DNA from: Octopus vulgaris
Taxonomy: Eukaryota
NCBI GenBank assembly: GCA_951406725.2
Contig: OX597829.1
Coordinates: 45,198,001 to 45,262,000 of the forward strand
Length of the DNA: 64,000 nucleotides
Direction: 5' to 3'
This document shows, piece by piece, positions 52,485-64,000 of this stretch. A program made the translations under genes and the position numbers. Numbering within the stretch: the first letter of the stretch is position 1; every line of letters begins with the position of its first letter. A model generated the notes under the pieces. It had not been told where the DNA came from and did not search any database. It saw nothing but the letters and a program-made list of their open reading frames with translations.

Positions 52485-53112
52485 TGTGATCTGAATAATA
52501 AGTATCCATACTGTTGCTAAATGAAGCTAAAGCATGCAGAGTGAAGCCGCTTGGCACAGACTGACCTTGAACTCTGTTGTGCATGCACACTAAGTTTTAA
52601 TGTTCTAGCTCATTTCTGCTGTTTACAGCAGTACTTGGAAGGAAGGTGTGTAGCGTGTGATCAGTGCATTGAAAATGACAGAAAAAGTTGAACAGACAAT
52701 CTGCATCAAATTTTTACAAAGCTGCAATATTTTTCTCTCAGTTCTGCTGGTTGCAAGTCTCCCAGGATGTTCATCAATATTGACATGTTTTTTTCAGCCA
52801 TCTTGGAAACATCTGAACCTTTCGTACATTTGTGTGCAGCTCATAGACTCCTCTCCATACACTTTCTGCAACTTTGCATAGGCCTCTGAGCAGGTATCAC
52901 CTAACAACTTTCTGTCATGGTCAATCTGATGATCACATGTTACACACGTTACTTCCAAGCACTGCTGTAAACAGTGGAAGTGAGCTAGAACATTAAGTCT
53001 TAATGCATGTGCAGAGCAGAGGCCAAGGTCAATTTGTGCAAAGTGGCTTCACTTTGTGTTCTTTAGCTTCGTTACTATGGCAACAGTCTGGATACTTATT
53101 GATCTGACCTTG
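52485..53112. mobile_element. mariner deletion derivative with long TIRs
   Basis: ~150-bp imperfect inverted arms (AATAAGTATCCA.ACTGTTGC / GCAACAGTCTGGATACTTATT). Transposase N-terminal remnants: MTEKVEQTICIKF on + and LQKVYGEESMS..ERFR.FQDG..EHPGR on -. Confidence 0.75.
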
Positions 53113-53358
53113 TGTGTGTGTGTCTATGTGTATATATATATATAAAAAATGTGACCTCGTGTGTACCGTTGGCGATTTTTTTTTCCTCTGTCTTCCCTTC
53201 TCTGGATCTTTCCTTCTCCTGTTTCCGACAAAGAGCTCCGCTCGAAATGTTAAACCCTCCTTCTTTCCTTCTTTCCTGAGCATCCAATAATACTATATTT
53301 GTTCCACGTCCTCGCGTTGTTGTGTTTTTTTGTGCTTTTTGGATTAACTTGTTTGGAT

Positions 53359-53428
<70 letters not shown>

Positions 53429-53429
53429 C

Positions 53430-53494
<65 letters not shown>

Positions 53495-53830
53495 TATATA
53501 TATATATATAGATATAGTAGACAAATCTTATATGTATCAAATGTGTGTGGTTGTATATTGCTGGTGTATATACCCAGATGTCTGTTTATGTTTGTGTATA
53601 TATATATATATATATATTAATACTATATATATATAATAATATATATATATATAATATATATATATATATAATTTATATATATATTATATATATATTATTA
53701 TTATTATATATATATATAATTATATATTGACTATACCATATTTACATATATATACATTTACCAATATTATATACGTGTATACATAAACTATATATTGATT
53801 ACTATAACTATATATATATATATATATATA

Positions 53831-53925
<95 letters not shown>

Positions 53926-54279
53926 CATACATATATATATATATAGAGAGAGAGAGAGAGTTAGTAGACAAATCTTACATGTATCAAATGTGTGTGGTTG
54001 TATGTTGCTGGTGTATATACCCAAATGTCTGTTTATGTTTGTGTATAAATATGTGCATAAAAAATTAATACATGTAAAACAACAGATATATGAATATGTG
54101 TGTATATTTTTATTATTATTATTATTATTATTATTAATATTTGGCAGGAATTACATATTGACTCAGTGACCAAGAATTTCATGTATTGACATTTACCAAT
54201 TTTGATACGTGTGAATACATGAAACTCTAAGCCCTTGAGTTACTATGCAACTTTTGCTGAAAATTAATAATAATAATTA

Positions 54280-54336
<57 letters not shown>

Positions 54337-54646
54337 ATATTCTAATGCGTTGAGTTTTATTTTCCTGTTTGCATTGCCAAACATGTATGTATATATGTTG
54401 GTATGTATATACATATTAATATTAATATGCAGAGATATGCATGTGTATAGACCCTACATTTGTAGTAATCATGTTATTCAATTTATGTTAGATGTTTTAT
54501 GTATATAAAGTACTCTTTCATATATGTACTGAAAACACACACATATACATGCATACACACACGCACATGTGCATATATATATATGTATATCTATATAGGT
54601 GTACGTGTAAATGTATATATATGTATATGCATGTATAAGTGTGTGC

Positions 54647-54683
<37 letters not shown>

Positions 54684-54923
54684 CATATATGTATATGCAT
54701 ATATATATACATATAAGTATATATATAGATATTTATACATATGCATATATATACAGATACATATATATACATATATATTTATACATACATATATACCTAT
54801 GTATATACATGTTGTATATACATATATATATATATATATGCATATTATATATATGCATACATATACACATACATATATATACATATACATAAATGTGCAT
54901 ATATAAACATATCCATATATATA

Positions 54924-54965
<42 letters not shown>

Positions 54966-55016
54966 TGTGTGTGTGTGTGTGTGTGTGTGTATGTATTATG
55001 CAGTTAAGTATATATT

Positions 55017-55825
55017 CAGTCATAGAGTGATCAATGGTTTTGCATTCATAAAGGGCTCCTCAGACGTAGGATTCCATTACAGTCAGTTCGTAAGTAACAA
55101 AGAATAAAGAATCCTGGTGGGCAATGATGGGTTATCTCCCTTAGGCCAGTCCATATGAGTTAAAAAGAGGAATGGGGAAGTCCATCCTTAGGTTGCTTTT
55201 AGTTTGTAATGACCTATCATATCTATTCGATAAATGGGGAATGCCATGCTTGCAGCATGTAGTGTTTGAAACAGAAGCAGTGGCTGTACATTTCTTGTGA
55301 TGAATTCAATAATCCTGGTTTCAGAGAGTTTTTGAGGATTCTTGCTCGCTCAGCTATGCAAAGCTTACATATTTGCTTCCATTAATATAGGGTCATTGAA
55401 CGACCAGGATCCTATATTAACAGGATCAGATACTGCAAGCTTTGCATAGCTGGGTGAGCAAGGATCCTCAAAGACTCCCTCAAATGATTATTGAATTCAT
55501 CACAAGAAATTTATAGCCACTGCATCCATTTAAACCCTGCCTGCTGCAAGCTTGGGATTCCCCATTCATCAATTAGATATGAAAAGCAACCTATAGGCGA
55601 AGTTCCCTATTCCTTTTTTAGACCCATAAGAGACTGGCCTAAGAGAGGCTAATCTGTCCTTGCCAACCCAGATTGTTCATTCTTTCTTTACTTACTTACT
55701 AACTGAGTATAATGGATTCCTACTTCTGAGGTTTGAAGAACTGTATGGCCTTTGACTTTAGAGTCTGATAGGTCCATGGGGCTAAACCCTTTATGAATAC
55801 CAAACCATTGGTCACTCTATGACTG
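55017..55825. repeat. Long imperfect inverted repeat (palindrome)
   Basis: 55017-55394 is the approximate reverse complement of 55408-55825, with a 13-nt spacer. Confidence 0.9.
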
Positions 55826-55910
55826 GACTTTGACTTAACTACATATAAATACATTATTGCTCTATGCTTTAGTGTGCTTCTTTTTCGGATATATGATGCA
55901 TTCATGATAC

Positions 55911-55943
<33 letters not shown>

Positions 55944-55989
55944 TGTATGTATGTATGTATGTATGTATGTATGTATGTACGTACATACA

Positions 55990-56037
<48 letters not shown>

Positions 56038-56919
56038 TTTATATATATGTGTGTGTATGTATATATTGTGATAATGAAATCAAGCCTGGTAATGATATTT
56101 TGAATACACTACATACATTTCAGATGATTGCACAATGAGTAAAAAAGAAATTTTGTCCCTTTGGCAAAATCTTCCACAGTTTTATAAAATTTTGTCTTAA
56201 CTGATGAAGATGAAATTCCCTTTTTAATTATTGTGCAATAATCTGAAATCTGAAATAATCTGAAATATGAGTATTAAATGCATTCAAAATATCATTACTT
56301 GGCATAACTTTTTCATTATACATATGACTCTGTACCAATACAAGCTAACCACCCTAAACTCCATTCTCACTGATGTTATAACTATTCAATTTGACTTGAA
56401 TCAGAAATTCTTGTAATATACAATGCTTCTAAATATAACATGGAATTTATGTTTAGTGTAGTTTTAGAAAATAACAGATTTTTATTTCTCTTTCCAGTAA
56501 TTCTTAATCTTTCTGTTAAAAGACTTATTCCATTTTCTTCATGTGTTTCGTTTTGTCTTGTTTTAGTTATTCTGATTCTTTCTCATACTAAATCTTGCTT
56601 GTATTTGTCCTTGTGTTTTTGCTGTCAATTTGCAGCACACTTCTTAACAATTCACACCAAGAATTTACTTCTCTATGATAATCATATTTATAATAATCTA
56701 TCGTGTTTCTGCTGTTTGAAATCACATGGTTTCTCTTTGACGATCTGTTTGTCTTTTTGACTTGCAATTACTTGCCATGTTTTCAAAAGTCCTCTGTACA
56801 CTTCTTTACTCCTATATTACTCTCCTACATCAATCAACTCTAATATCCTTTTGCTTCAGCTCTCTTTCTTACTTTCTCCCACTCCCTCTCCACACTCTCT
56901 CTCCTTCTTCCCCCTCCCT

Positions 56920-56973
<54 letters not shown>

Positions 56974-57118
56974 GTTTTTCTTTCATTTACTCTCTGTTCA
57001 TGGGTAGCAATTATCTTACTTGGAAGCAGATGATGGAAAACTCATTTATTACTGAAAATTTGTCTCAGTGAATTCTGTTTGATCTGTGCAAGCATGAAAA
57101 TAGACATTAAACTGATGA

Positions 57119-57171
<53 letters not shown>

Positions 57172-57664
57172 TGAGAGAGAGAGATGTGTTTCTTGCTTTT
57201 GTCTTGTTTGTTTTTACTGTGGTTACTTCAACCTCCTGCAACTCTGGACTTTCTCAGTGCATTCAAAGGGTTATCAGGCAAGTTATGGTGACCCTAATGA
57301 CCCAGTCACATCTAGAGTAGAAGAGGACTGAGCTGACAACAGTAAAAAATGAGATAATTTAACCTCTACTATATTATTGAGTATTCTTTCTATTGACAGT
57401 CAACATTAAAAAGATACATTTATGTAGATTTTCCTAAATACATATATATTTACATACACCCTTCCTTCTTGTTTGAGTTGACTGGGCTTTCAGATTTATT
57501 TGGCTAAATGTATGTGTAGCCTTCTCTCCTTTTGTTCTCTCAATCAAAATTTACCACCAACCTCTTATTGCGTTTTTACCACCCCAAAAACGCTACTATA
57601 GATGAATATCTATCTATCTATCTATCTCTCAGTGTATCTATCTATCTATCTATCTATCTATCAG

Positions 57665-57706
<42 letters not shown>

Positions 57707-58411
57707 AGTCTACCTATCTGTCTATCTATCTCTGGTATTGTCATTCATTCACTCACTCTATATTTTATCAAGTCACCTCTCTAATTATTACCCTTTTATG
57801 TGGAGCCCTGTCTTCCTTCTTTCCTACTATCTTATCTTACTATATCTTTCTCTCACTTCTCCCTGGCTATCTGTCTTGTTTGCTGGGTCACCACATGCTA
57901 ATTCTTTTTCTCCTTCTCTTGATATGGATTCTCCACTTATATATTTATCTATCACAATAAATTTTCTTTATATTACTTTCCTTTTTCCTCATTAGTTAGC
58001 AATTATTTTTTTCCACCTATCTCAAAAAAGCTACTGCTTTCTTCTTCTATGTTACTTACTTTATCATGTTACCTCCCTAAATCTCCCCCTCTGTACACAT
58101 ATATGTACAATCCTCCTATTCTTCAGCGTCCCATCAATAAATTTTTCTTTATACTCCTCCAGTTTTCATATTATTTTCTTTCATTCTCTTCCATTTCTTT
58201 CTTCTTTCCAATTCCTATAATACAGCGGAAAGAGAAAACCAGCAAGTAAAGAATATTGATAGATGGACCATATATGTAGAAATATATATATATAAGCAAA
58301 ATTAACAGAGTTCTCAAAAGTGACAGAGGGTGCTGACTAGCATATCGCTTATGCTAAAATAATTTAGCCTTTAGGTTCTAATTGCTAATTAGCCACCCTT
58401 TTAATTTGTTT

Positions 58412-58447
<36 letters not shown>

Positions 58448-58672
58448 AGTGGCTGTTCTTCATGTTCAGAGATCAAGAAGAAGATCAGCACCTACATGCA
58501 AATTTAAGACGGTGATTGCCAGTATCATCCAGTATTGTCATTTTCATCACTCCTCCGTCACAGCAGGGTTTTTCTTCTTGCCTGCACTTAACACTTATGC
58601 CAACCAGTTTACAGTGTGGAGATATATGTATGTGTGTGTATATATATATGTATGTGTATATTTATAGATATG

Positions 58673-58724
<52 letters not shown>

Positions 58725-60101
58725 TTCCTGCTGGCCGTTAGGAATCTGCATGGTGGCACCACTGCCAGAAACCAATAGTTTAAGGCTGATGGAAGACAAT
58801 CGTTTACTTTTGTGGTGCTTTGGTGACTGCAAGATGGCAGTGCAGCTGAGGATTGATGGACAATGGCAAAGGGAGATAATCACCCAGGGTTTTACCCTTA
58901 AGTACAAGGCTTTTCCCCCCTCTCCATATTTTAAAGAGGTCTTAGGCCAGTAGTGTTTGAAGATACACCACAAGGCTAAACCCCTTATGAGCAAGAAACC
59001 CAGGGTAACCCCATAAACTGGCCTGATAGATTGCTAGCCACAACACATTCTTTATTTTCTCTCCTTGTTTCTTTCTGTGTTCCTTTCTGTAGAAGAGCGT
59101 AGGCTCAAAACGTTAAAGACTTTTTCACTTCCTGTGCATTAATCTAATACCTCTGTTTGTTTATTGTCTACACCACCTGTCTTTGTCTTATGTTGTTGTT
59201 TTTTTTGTGAATTCTCCCCTATATACATTCATACATACTTACATATATATATATCATCATTTAATGTCTGGTTTCCATTTCGGAATTGGTTGGATGGTAT
59301 GACATGGAGCTGGCTAACACCAGCAAAGGTACTTTTTATGTGCCACCAGCATGGGTATGTTTATGCAGCTGAATTTTTAGAATACCTTTTAGACTACCAG
59401 ATCACATTTTAACTTTATTCAACTGATATATCATTCTATACACATTCACACAAATTCGTCTCCCTCTCTTTCTCTTTTTCTCTCTCTTGTTGCTCATATG
59501 TGACCATGCCCCATCTTTGTGTTCCTCACATGACCATCTTTCTTTTCCTACATGGACGTTCAAAAGACTGAACTTTTTTCTCTCTCTTCTATATTTTCTC
59601 TTTACAAAGAAAATATGTCTCCCAGCATTCACAATTTTCCTCTCGTTCTGGTCTAACGTTCTGGTCTAATGTTTATTTTCATGCGGTTTCCTTGTCTGTT
59701 TCCACTGTCCTGTTTTTGTTCCCAGCTTTGACCCTCCATAAATCCTAAATTTTATTTTAGAATTTATGGGAGCAACTGTCTTTGAAGACTCATATTGTCG
59801 TCAAATGCTCGAAATGAGGAACAGATAAACAGCAGACAACTGATGAAGGGTCCTTTCTCTGTGTTTACTTATCCTGTTTTCCATTTTTTTCTCTCGTTTA
59901 TGTATTTAACTCGTTTGTTTACTTGTTTCTTGTTGTTTGCACAGTTGGTGATGTCTTGTACCCATATATATATATATATCCTGTTTTTAAAAACATTTTC
60001 CTCCATTTTCACCACTTCTGTCTTTTAGTATGTGACCTCGTGAATACCACCGCCGATTTTTTTCCTCTGTCCTCCTGTCTCGGGATCTTTCCTTCTCCTA
60101 T

Positions 60102-60136
60102 GTTTCCGATGAAGAGCTCTGCTCGAAACGTCAAAC
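60102..60136 (+). ncRNA. Minimal type-I hammerhead-ribozyme-like motif inside a Penelope-type terminal repeat (60030-60240)
   Basis: GTTT-CCGATGA-A-GAGC(TCT)GCTC-GAAAC-GTC-AAAC: stem I, variant core, stem II, GAAA and a GUC cleavage triplet. Confidence 0.65.
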
Positions 60137-60737
60137 CCTCCTTCTTCCCTTCTTTCCTGAGCATCCAATAATACTTTATTTGTTCCACATGTCCCCTTGC
60201 GTTGTTGTCTTTTGTTTTCTTGTTTGGATTAACTTTATATATATATATATATATCTGTATATATAATATGTGACAATTTATCATAGCTACTGAATAATTG
60301 TCACATACTATATTTACAGATGAATTCCTGTATTTACATAATGTGTGTATAATAGAAACAGAAAAATGGAATATACGGGAGACTTTATTGATCAAAATGT
60401 TCGTTTCAACACATCCTGCATCATCAAAGATCTCAGTATATTCATTTATATGTTTGTTATTTTCGTGTGTCCTGCACATGTTATTGAAAGGGACAATTTG
60501 ATTTATTGTGATACAATGCAAAATTAATAAATATTGAAAAAATAAAAAAAAAAGCATAACAATAAGTTTCTGAAACCTCCGGATACACGAACATGACCAT
60601 GTATGATTTGTCTGCCCTTGAATAGTTGATGAAAGTGAACTTTGCAATAAATGTTTTATATCTGGGTAAAAGGAAAATTGGTAGATATTAAGTTTAGTTA
60701 TGATATATTACATGTTATGTGTGTGTATATTCGTCAT

Positions 60738-60970
60738 GGCGGCGAGCTGGCAGAAACGTTAGCACGCCGGGCAAAATGCTTAACGGTATTTCGCTTGTCG
60801 TTACGTTGTGAGTTCAAATTCCGCCGAGGTTGACTTTGCCTTTCATCCTTTCGGGGTCGATAAATTAAGTACCAGTTACGCACTGGGGGTCGATGTAATC
60901 GACTTAATACCTATGTCTGTCCTTGTTTGTCCCCTCTATGTTTAGCCCCTTGTGGGTAATAAAGAAATAG
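60738..60970 (+). mobile_element. SINE family A, best-preserved full-length copy
   Basis: GGCGGCGAGCTGGCAGAAACG..GAGTTCAAATTCCGCC tRNA-like head, central GCCTTTCATCCTTTCGGGGTCGATAAATTAAGTACCAG domain, AATAAAGAAATA tail. Confidence 0.9.
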
Positions 60971-61294
60971 GTGTGTGTGTGTGTGTGTGCGTGCACATGA
61001 GTGTTAAGTTGGTAAATTATCATCTATTTGAAAAAAAAAATTGGTCTGAAGAACTTTGATGTTCTCAACAATATATGTCTGCAAGATGTGTGTAATTTCA
61101 AGTGATGGTTATGTTGTTGGAAATTGTGAATGGATTTTCATAAGATTCATCTATTCTTATGTCTAAATTATCTCCCTAGTTTCTCCCATGGGTCATACAT
61201 TTAAAATTACTTCTATCAATTTGATTCTTCATTTATTTTTCTATTCTAACTCTGTCTTCCTCACTAATTTCATTGACCTTCGATATTTCGATTT

Positions 61295-61365
<71 letters not shown>

Positions 61366-64000
61366 GTGTGTGTGCAAACTCATATACACATACATACTTA
61401 CATACATACATATATATATATACGTGCAAATTCATACACACATACATTCTTACATACATATACATACGTACACACATATATATATATATATATATATATG
61501 CAGACACAGACATCCAAACACACACCTTCATAAATTCCATTTTGTTAGAATTCTTAAATTCCTGCAAAACCTCCACCACCAAAGAACTACCTTTTTCATC
61601 ACTGTTATCATCATCCACCTTAACACACAAACATTTTGCATTTGACTGGACACCAACACCATGAGGTATCACACCCATTTCTGTTAGTTCCCCTTAATTG
61701 TTTTGAAAATTATTGTCACTTCCACCTTTTCACATTCGTCTTCGTAATGCCGTCTTGATCTTATGCTGAGTAGAAATTTTTTATCACTGTTTTACTTAAT
61801 CACTATTTACCTTCATTTATCACCATTTTCACCCTTTAATCACCATTTATCACTGTTATCACCGTTTATCACTGTTTATCACTGTTTATCACTGTTATCA
61901 CCATTTATCACCATTTAATCTGTTTTATTTTCTTTATCTTGTCCATCTATTTATCACTCATATAACTTAATTCACTTAACTAATTCAATTCAACTTCTCT
62001 GAATTTGTTTTATCTATTACAATCAACTTATATTTGAACTGGAGCTTACAAGAATGTAATTGCATGCATCTGTGTGTCTGTGTGTGTATGTAACAAGCAA
62101 GTGTGTGTGTGTGTGTAAATATGTACATGTGTGTATGAATATGTACATAAGTGTGAACACAACTATATGCAAAAGAGCATGCAAGTGGAATTATGTATAA
62201 GCATATGTCTGAATATCAATATGGATTACATGAATTTATATGCATGTATATACACATGGATATTATATATGCAAGTTCATTGCAACAACACATAAGTGAG
62301 CATGCTGGTTTTTTATTTGTATTCCTCTGTGTACCTACCTGCCTGAATATCCCATCAATTTAAGTATATGAAAGGTAAATCTGAACAAATAGATTCATAT
62401 GCATGTATATTTATAAGTCTATAAGCATGTATATGTATTGTATATATTGTGCAAGCATGCATGTATTTGCATGCATTTGTAAAGGAATGTGAACATGTGC
62501 ACATGTACATACATTAGTGTGAAAGTAATACATGTTGCATAATGAGTTGTCCCCTAGAATTTCCAAACAGACCCTAATATTCTTTTCAAAATATTGTTTT
62601 ACCACTGTTCACATTCCCTTTTGTTCTTTCTATTTTCTTCAATATATATATCATCATCATCATCATCATCGTTTAACGCCCACTTTCCATGCTAGCATGG
62701 GTTGGACGATTTGACTGAGGACTGGCAAACCAAATGGCTGCACCTGGCTCCAATCTTGATCTGGCAGAGTTTCTACAGCTGAATGCCTTTCCTAACACCA
62801 ACTTCTCTGAGAATGTAGTGGGTGCTTTTACGTGCCACCTGCATGGGGGCCAGTTAGGCGGTACTGGCAACGACCTCGTTCAAATGTCTTTTTCACATGC
62901 CACCAGCACAAGTGTCAGTAAGGCGACGCTGGTAAAGATCACGCTCAAATGGTGCCTTTTATGTGCCACCGGCATGGAAACCAGTTAATCATTCTGGCAA
63001 TGATCACACTCAGATGGTGCTCTTTGCAAGCATATATATATATATATATATTATTATTATTATTATTATTATTTGATTCACTCATATAGTCACAATGTCA
63101 TATGACAATATTTTCCCAAATATTTCCTTTTCTTTCTGTACCCTTTTATTATTAACCCTTTAGCACTCACACCAACCTTATCTGGCCCAAATATTCAGCC
63201 TGTTTTATGTTCAAACTGGCCAGGTGCAGCCTTTCACACGTACCCTAACAATGCCATTATACAAGTAGGCAAACCACATCATCAAAATCCTAAAAACTAC
63301 GAGATAATGCATGATTAATTCAAAACAATGGATAAATAAATATTACATTTGACATAGTTATCTGAATGTAAAAGCAGCTTATACACCCAGACCCCATCCC
63401 ATCTTGGCTTGCAAAGCACAAGAGAATAACACACTCAGTATTCAAGCTAAGTCCAGCATCAAATTCATTCTTGTGAAAATCCTGAAAGCTTTCATTATTG
63501 AATATGAAAAGCAAATGGCTTTCAGCTCATTATTAATGCTATCAGTTTAATTCATGGAATTCAACACATACTCAATAAATGGCTATTGGATCAGTTCTTA
63601 ATAGAATTTTTATTAAATGTTTCAGATTTAAAGATCATAAGGTGAAATACTGTTAAGTCCCATAATCCATGAGTATTGGCTCCCAAATACATTAAATAAT
63701 GTATCATTAAAGCAGAAAAATTTCTGCTTTTGATAAGTGTTATTTACAGATCAAAACTGTGTGTGTATATATGTATGCATGTGCATGTGAACTTGTGGTT
63801 TTGTATGTTACTTTGCATATATGAATGCCTTTAACATGTCGGCTAAATTCTTTATGCATTTTTGTTCATGTGAGCAATATAAAATAGTAATAATTAATAT
63901 TGTGTCCATGTGTATATGTGTTTGTGTGTGTGTGAGTGTGCACGTATGAATATAACTGTATAAAATACAAATGTGCATCTACCATGTATGTATGTATGTA

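Noticed and set aside
55017-55825. Strand-specific G-U wobble bias in the palindrome, which would imply selection on the + RNA
   Set aside because: The inner part favours + strand wobbles but the outer part shows the opposite. By-eye counts give no consistent bias.
58443-59030. ORFs 58443-58667 and 58516-58953 as host exons
   Set aside because: They look like a heavily decayed RTE-type 3' region (SEIKKKIS, RLMEDNRL..FG) interrupted by a TA tract.
60738-60830. tRNA gene calls for SINE heads (also 13759, 36730-36813, 48258)
   Set aside because: The A/B-box-like heads run directly into SINE bodies, recur as diverged copies and show no clean cloverleaf.

Overview
AT-rich eukaryotic genomic DNA crowded with microsatellites and repeats. 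The SINE/LINE families and the (TA)n/(TATG)n load point to an octopus or other coleoid cephalopod; this is an inference. The only host gene I can support is the middle of a + strand TRPC-family (TRP/TRPgamma-like) cation channel. It has four phase-compatible exons (6865-7309, 17960-18155, 20503-20715, 28445-28507) covering S2-S6, the pore and the TRP box. The upstream and C-terminal exons were not found in the window. The rest is intronic: tRNA-derived SINEs, RTE/CR1/L1-like LINE fragments, several R4/Dong-like elements sitting in (TAA)n, a Penelope-like element with inverted terminal repeats, and Helitron, piggyBac, pogo and Tc1/mariner derivatives. Almost all ORFs in the supplied track are microsatellite artefacts. 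Three observations stand out. (1) The channel's pore motif reads LFWSLFSL where TRPCs normally have Gly; the AGC codon lies in a UAG context inside a hairpin, so A-to-I editing could restore Gly. (2) There is a dense, diverse set of minimal hammerhead-ribozyme-like motifs with non-canonical cores in Penelope-type terminal repeats and foldbacks. (3) There is an ~810-nt imperfect palindrome at 55.0-55.8 kb.
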